Positions 59,112 through 64,000 of a stretch of DNA of 64,000 bases are shown here, piece after piece (positions within the stretch are counted from its first letter, which is position 1; the number at the start of each line of letters is the position of its first letter). The translations under genes and the position numbers were made by a program. The stretch is from a virus (taxonomy: Duplodnaviria; Heunggongvirae; Uroviricota; Caudoviricetes), in IMG/VR virus record IMGVR_UViG_3300029288_000055, positions 32,001 through 96,000 of that record. One strand, 5' to 3'. The notes under the pieces are model-generated. The model was not told the DNA's origin, did not search any database, and saw only the letters and a list, made by a program, of their open reading frames with translations.

Positions 59112-59177
59112 ACTTATTATAATTTTTTATATTTTTTTATAAATACTAATATAAATGAAAAAAGCACAACTTACAAG

Positions 59178-59211
59178 AAAAAAAATGAGAATCATTTAAT
59201 TCCCATTTTTT
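59178..59211. terminator. Intrinsic terminator
   Basis: A8-TGAGAAT..ATTCCCA-T6 hairpin (one G-U pair on the minus strand). Confidence 0.65.
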
Positions 59212-59226
59212 ATTATTAATTCAAAA

Positions 59227-62200
59227 TTAATTAACGAAAGATAATATATACCATGACCCTAATGTAATATCATACATTAATTCAATAGCACCACCATCTG
59301 TATTAATTATTGCATCATTTGCAACGCTATCAATATTATTACCATTACGAGCAATCATAATATTATAAGTTAATGCAGCATTTGCAACATCTTTAATCTT
59401 AAATGCTTGTCCATCAATTGGAAGTGCTGGTAATGTAAGTGTTACTGTAGCACCAGAAGAATTAACTAAAATTGTATAAGAACTACCAGTTGTTAATAAA
59501 GTATTACCAGTAACAATTGTTTTACTATAAATATTATTCTTATCACCAAGAGAACCGCCAACAACAGTTTTAATTAATTTATCACCACTATTCCAAACAA
59601 GAACTGAATCACTTGTACTTCCAGCAACAGGAGCTACAAGAAGTGATGTTGCACCACTTGTTTTAAACGCACCATGAATTATTGCACAACAAGCACTAAA
59701 ATCACCATAAATAAGTGGTTGTGTAGTACCATCATTTGCAATATATAATTTATTTGAACCTGTTTCATAATAACCTGCACAATAACCAATTACAATATTA
59801 GAACAACCACTTATGTTATTATAAAGTGCTGAATTACCAATTACAATATTATTGTTACCAATTGTATTTAAATAATGTGCAGTATTACCAAAATCAATAT
59901 TAGAACAACCACTTATGTTATTATAAAGTGCTTGTTGACCGATAGCAGTATTATTACTACCATCTATATTTTGGTAAAGTGTTTGATAACCCATAGCATT
60001 ATTAGAACAACCACTTATGTTATTATAAAGTGCTTGATAGCCCATAACATTATTATAACAACCACCTATATTATTTACAAGTGCAGAAAAGCCGTTTGCA
60101 ACATTAGATTTACCATAGGTATTTTTTAATAGAGCATAAGTACCAATAGCAACATTACCACTACCTGTTGTTATAAATTCACCAGCTTCAACACCATAGA
60201 ATGTATTATTATATATCGTACCACCACTTACAACAGTACCACAACCAGCAACAGTTGAACCATTTGTTAAATTTGACCAACCTATACCACTTGTTATACC
60301 AGTTATTTGTGAAAGAACATAATTTTTATCAACTAATGAATGAGAAGTAAAACCACTGCTATAATTTCCACCATATTCAATACCTTTAGTTATAACACGT
60401 ATATCATTAATTATTGTTGAACCTGTTAATGTGCCACCAAGACCAACTTGTTTAGCTGAATTTATATTTAAACCATTTGTTGCACCAGTAATTACATCAC
60501 CAACAGTAGAACCACTTATTAATATATATCCAGCATATGGTAATACCCATCCAGCATCATTTGCTGTTGTAATAAGAACTGATCTTACAACATGTGTAGG
60601 TATTGTTGGTTTAACTGTTGTTAATAAACCAGCAGTAGCATCACTAAGAAAATATGTTGTATTTGCACTAAGTGTTGTAAATCCACTAAAATAACCTGCT
60701 TGTGTTACTTCAAAAGTATCACCAGTAGTTTTAGTTACAATACCAATAACTTCACCATTATATAAACCATCTGCAATCGCTTTATTATATGTTCCACCAC
60801 TCCAACCAATCACATCATTAAGAACAAATCCATGTCCTATTTGTGAAATACTTTTTACAATTCTTTCTCCATTATTAGTACTATTACCAGTAAGACCACT
60901 TGAAACCACATAACCTGCATATGGCAATATCCAACCACTTGTTGTTGTATCTGCAATAAGAACCGTCTTATTAATATGCCCTTGAATTATTGGTTCAGTT
61001 GAAGTTAATAAACCAGCAGTAACATCACTAAGAAAATAAGTTGTATTACCAACTAATCCTGTAAATCCAGTACCATAACCAGCTTGTGTCAATTCAAATG
61101 TATTACCACTAATTTTTGTTACAATACCAATTATTTCACCATCATATGTACCGTCAGCAATTGGTTTATTATATGTTCCACCACTCCAACCAACAACAGT
61201 ACCTACAGTAAATGTATGACCAATCTGTGTAATTATTTTACTAACTTTTTCATTTATTTTATCAGCATATGCTTTATCAATAAGTGATCGTTCACTAAAA
61301 CCTGAATGATAATCAGCAAAATATTCAATACCAGCAGTATTACCAGCACCACTAACTATTGTTGTTGGAGTAGTTAAAGTACCACCTAAACCAATATTCA
61401 TACCAATAACTGTCAAACCATTTGTTGCACCTGTAATTATACCACTACCAGTTCCACCGCTTGCAAGACCAAAAGATATTTTACCTAATGTTGAATCATA
61501 GTACAATACATTAATTTCACTTGTTTTTGCTGGTAAACCAAGCATTTTAATATTACCATTTGCACCACCACAAATACCTAAACCAGTTTTTAATATAATA
61601 TCACCACCAGCTTTTGATGTAGCATCAGTAATGTTTTGAGCACAACCACCACAAATATTAATTGTACCACCACTACCACAAAAACCAACATATGAAAGAC
61701 CATTACCACCAATAATACTTAAAGGTGGAGAATCAGGAATTAAAGCACTACCGCCATATGCAGAAATTTTACCATATTGTGGCATTCTTAATGTACGTAA
61801 TGAACAAAAATAACCTAAACCATTAGAACCATTACTACCAAAATAAGCTGCTGGTGTTGCCAGCATAATATAACCATTACTACCAGTACCTTTTGAACAA
61901 ATCGTTAAATTAATATCAGTTGCCAAACCAGCTACATTAATAAAATTATTTGTTGTACCACTACCTAATGTTGGCTTACCTAATGTTAATATATTATATT
62001 GACTTGCATTACTTGGAGCAACAATGTAAATACTATTAGTATTAGGTACTTCAATAGAAAGATTACTTGAATTATATAATGTAGTACCAGTAAATGTAAG
62101 CGTAGTATCTTGAATACTATTGCCTGAAACACCAAATACTGGAATATGATTTGTAGTACCAGATATTTTAGTATCTGCATATCTTTTTGTTATAAGAGAT

Positions 62201-62592
62201 TCATCAATAAATGTACTACTATAATCAGCACCATACACAATACCAATTGGTGTAACACGTGCATCAGTAATTGTAGTACCAGTTGTCAAAGTACCACCCA
62301 ATGTTATATTTTTATCAATAGCAGTTAAACCATTTGTAGCTCCAGTAATAGTACCAGTTCCACCAGTACTGCTCGCAGTTTTTAAAACTAAATTACTATC
62401 AGTAACACCGTTTTTATACCAGTATTCAACACCCAATATATTTACAGTTAAACCAGTATATCTTTGTGATTCTGAAATTGCTGTATTTGTAGCACCAGTT
62501 GAAGCATATGGTTGATTCAAAGAATTCAAATATTTTGAATCGATTGGAGCACCGATACCTATTTTAAAATTATTATTAAATGTTATTGCCAT
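59227..62592 (-). CDS. Tail fibre-like protein with internal domain duplication and 17-aa repeat cassette
   Basis: 1121 aa; two copies of QIGH.F..GWSGGTYNK.IADG..TYFLSD.TAGLLT..GW.LPYAGY; WSNLTNG..ETGSNKLYIAN cassette. Confidence 0.78.
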   Translation of the reverse strand: MAITFNNNFKIGIGAPIDSKYLNSLNQPYASTGATNTAISESQRYTGLTVNILGVEYWYKNGVTDSNLVLKTASSTGGTGTITGATNGLTAIDKNITLGGTLTTGTTITDARVTPIGIVYGADYSSTFIDESLITKRYADTKISGTTNHIPVFGVSGNSIQDTTLTFTGTTLYNSSNLSIEVPNTNSIYIVAPSNASQYNILTLGKPTLGSGTTNNFINVAGLATDINLTICSKGTGSNGYIMLATPAAYFGSNGSNGLGYFCSLRTLRMPQYGKISAYGGSALIPDSPPLSIIGGNGLSYVGFCGSGGTINICGGCAQNITDATSKAGGDIILKTGLGICGGANGNIKMLGLPAKTSEINVLYYDSTLGKISFGLASGGTGSGIITGATNGLTVIGMNIGLGGTLTTPTTIVSGAGNTAGIEYFADYHSGFSERSLIDKAYADKINEKVSKIITQIGHTFTVGTVVGWSGGTYNKPIADGTYDGEIIGIVTKISGNTFELTQAGYGTGFTGLVGNTTYFLSDVTAGLLTSTEPIIQGHINKTVLIADTTTSGWILPYAGYVVSSGLTGNSTNNGERIVKSISQIGHGFVLNDVIGWSGGTYNKAIADGLYNGEVIGIVTKTTGDTFEVTQAGYFSGFTTLSANTTYFLSDATAGLLTTVKPTIPTHVVRSVLITTANDAGWVLPYAGYILISGSTVGDVITGATNGLNINSAKQVGLGGTLTGSTIINDIRVITKGIEYGGNYSSGFTSHSLVDKNYVLSQITGITSGIGWSNLTNGSTVAGCGTVVSGGTIYNNTFYGVEAGEFITTGSGNVAIGTYALLKNTYGKSNVANGFSALVNNIGGCYNNVMGYQALYNNISGCSNNAMGYQTLYQNIDGSNNTAIGQQALYNNISGCSNIDFGNTAHYLNTIGNNNIVIGNSALYNNISGCSNIVIGYCAGYYETGSNKLYIANDGTTQPLIYGDFSACCAIIHGAFKTSGATSLLVAPVAGSTSDSVLVWNSGDKLIKTVVGGSLGDKNNIYSKTIVTGNTLLTTGSSYTILVNSSGATVTLTLPALPIDGQAFKIKDVANAALTYNIMIARNGNNIDSVANDAIINTDGGAIELMYDITLGSWYILSFVN
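59797..60034. repeat. Three exact 34-bp direct repeats, 102-bp period, in frame
   Basis: ATTAGAACAACCACTTATGTTATTATAAAGTGCT at 59797, 59899 and 60001; encode ALYNNISGCSN. Confidence 0.9.
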
Positions 62593-62620
62593 TTTTCAAT
62601 TTTATTAATTTTTTATTTTA

Positions 62621-64000
62621 TTAAGTTAATGCCATTGGTATTACTACACTTGTTTGTGCGTTTGATATATAAACATTATATGATTTACCTGCCCAACATG
62701 CACTTGTAACACTAACCACATCAGGAGCAGGAAATAAATTACATGCTGGATTTATACCACCACCAATTGCACCATTATTTGTTGGAGCAGATGGTGTACA
62801 CCAGCAAACTTTTGATACTGTTGCTGGAACAGCAAACCACAAATAATCATCATTACCACTATTAAATGTAATACTAATACTTCCAGAACTACTTGCAAGA
62901 ATTTTAGTTCCACCAATTACCATTGCACATGTTGCTGTTGGACGATTTGTACCAGAAGGACCGGGACACGTACATATGCCCCAATAATAAGGTAAATATG
63001 CTGTTGTTGTATATGCAACTGAACCAAAACAAGTACCACATGTATTTGTAACACAGCCACACCATGATTGTTGTTGACCACAAGTTGTGGCAGTATATGA
63101 TGTTATTGTTGCTGATTGTGGTGATGAAATTGGACACGCAGTTGCAATGTTACTTCCGAGTGTAACATCCCTAATTGACAATGTATTTGCACAAATATTA
63201 CTTGAATTAGTAAAACCAAAAGTAAATGATTTACTACCACTTATCTGACAACCAACCTCAATAGTTGCAGGAACACCAGCAGTACTAAAACTACTAAAAG
63301 TAGGTACTAAGTATTCAACAAGAATTTCTTCAAGAATGCTCTCCAGAGTTCTACCACATAATACAGTACTTGCTGGCATTCCACCTACAGTTACTGTAGA
63401 AGGACTTGCTGAACTATATGTCGTGCTACCAGTTATTTGATCATCTACATATTTTTTATCAACAAGTTGAGTATCGCCAGTAAATATGGGATGTGTAACA
63501 TAGTTCATATTTGTTCCACACACACATATATTATTACTAACTAAATTTAAATTACCTGAACCTGAGTCAATATCTGTATCTGCTGGTGATACAAAAATAT
63601 GATTAGCACCTAAAGTTTCATCACCAATAACAATAGCTGTTGGGTCAATTACAACACTATATCCTGCAGTTCCAAGTGTTAATTTTTTTGTAGCTGTTCC
63701 TATAACAGTATCACCAGTTAATGTACCACCAAGAATAATATTTCTACCAACAGCAGTTAAACCATTAGTTGCACCAGTAATCGCTGTATTAAGTATTGGG
63801 GCTGTTGTGGCAGTATATGCATTATATGCACTAACATTAAGTTTTGTTGTTTGTAAATTATTTAATATTGTTGCTAAAGTACCAGTAGTTATATCAACAC
63901 TAATAGTACTACCACTAATTATTATACTATTTCCAGCAGAATATGATGAACTACTGAACAATCCAAATGTTAATGGCGTAACATCAATTGTTATTGGATT
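62621..64000 (-). CDS. Tail fibre-like protein, 5'-truncated by window edge
   Basis: Frame stays open to 64000 (NPITIDVTPLTFGLFS..); GATNGL..LGGTLTG module. Confidence 0.75.
   Translation of the reverse strand, partial: NPITIDVTPLTFGLFSSSSYSAGNSIIISGSTISVDITTGTLATILNNLQTTKLNVSAYNAYTATTAPILNTAITGATNGLTAVGRNIILGGTLTGDTVIGTATKKLTLGTAGYSVVIDPTAIVIGDETLGANHIFVSPADTDIDSGSGNLNLVSNNICVCGTNMNYVTHPIFTGDTQLVDKKYVDDQITGSTTYSSASPSTVTVGGMPASTVLCGRTLESILEEILVEYLVPTFSSFSTAGVPATIEVGCQISGSKSFTFGFTNSSNICANTLSIRDVTLGSNIATACPISSPQSATITSYTATTCGQQQSWCGCVTNTCGTCFGSVAYTTTAYLPYYWGICTCPGPSGTNRPTATCAMVIGGTKILASSSGSISITFNSGNDDYLWFAVPATVSKVCWCTPSAPTNNGAIGGGINPACNLFPAPDVVSVTSACWAGKSYNVYISNAQTSVVIPMALT

Noticed and set aside
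1191-59226. tRNA or other ncRNA genes in intergenic gaps
   Set aside because: Gaps are under about 180 bp, very AT-rich and explained by promoters and terminators; no cloverleaf or T-loop motif seen
59797-60034. Three identical 34-bp repeats with 68-bp spacers resembling a mini CRISPR array
   Set aside because: Period is 102 bp (two 17-aa protein repeats), in frame within a fibre gene, spacers are themselves repeat-like, and there are no cas genes or leader
199-63137. Many short ORFs antisense to or nested in long genes (e.g. 199..426, 3799..4131, 15705..16094, 47620..48030, 56707..57321)
   Set aside because: Shadows of the real genes: no recognisable motifs, composition mirrors the antisense codons, no promoters
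44567-64000. Diversity-generating retroelement acting on fibre genes
   Set aside because: No reverse transcriptase in the window and no non-coding template repeat differing only at adenines; repeats seen are coding and exact or variably diverged
1-64000. Stop-codon reassignment as in some large Bacteroidota phages
   Set aside because: Long genes are intact in the standard code, coding density is high, and TAG stops (e.g. 24350, 33475, 40375) fall at sensible gene ends

Overview
Fragment of a large, very AT-rich, T4-like myovirus (probably a jumbo phage). Nearly all genes are on the minus strand. The likely host is Bacteroidota, based on three good TTG-N19/20-TAnnTTTG promoters and A-rich starts without Shine-Dalgarno sites. 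From left to right: (1) a replication/recombination block with an Mre11-Rad50 (SbcD-SbcC) fusion running off the left edge and missing from the ORF track, Hsp20, an ECF-type sigma factor, primase, a metallophosphoesterase and a RuvC-like resolvase; (2) a baseplate block with gp25-like, gp6-like and gpI-like/FN3 proteins; (3) an accessory block at about 21.6-36.3 kb with a glycosyltransferase, a ParB/ART-like protein, an RNA-repair HAD phosphatase, a 2H phosphodiesterase, a cysteine hydrolase, a 2247-aa polyvalent protein, a WYL protein and a Nudix hydrolase; (4) family B DNA polymerase and SNF2 helicase; (5) a ~20 kb cluster of modular, Cys-rich tail-fibre-like genes with an embedded glycosyltransferase. 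Two free-standing GIY-YIG endonucleases lie at about 42.8 and 58.4 kb. The best candidate for a new system is the 2247-aa protein. It strings together two kinase-like domains, two ParB-like domains, an HE-type domain, a CCA-adding nucleotidyltransferase and an Acb1-like 2H phosphodiesterase, with acidic (I/L)-x-E linkers at almost every domain boundary, matching the T4 prohead-protease consensus. It is translationally coupled to genes that would complete a tRNA 3'-end healing pathway. I infer a capsid-packaged, protease-processed counter-defence polyprotein. Other notable signals are a strand-polarised GTATTTAT(A) promoter-like motif (the reverse complement of the T4 late promoter) and a pervasive [S/T]-G-x-T motif in virion proteins (candidate glycosylation sequon). 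All calls come from motif reading only; no database searches were run.
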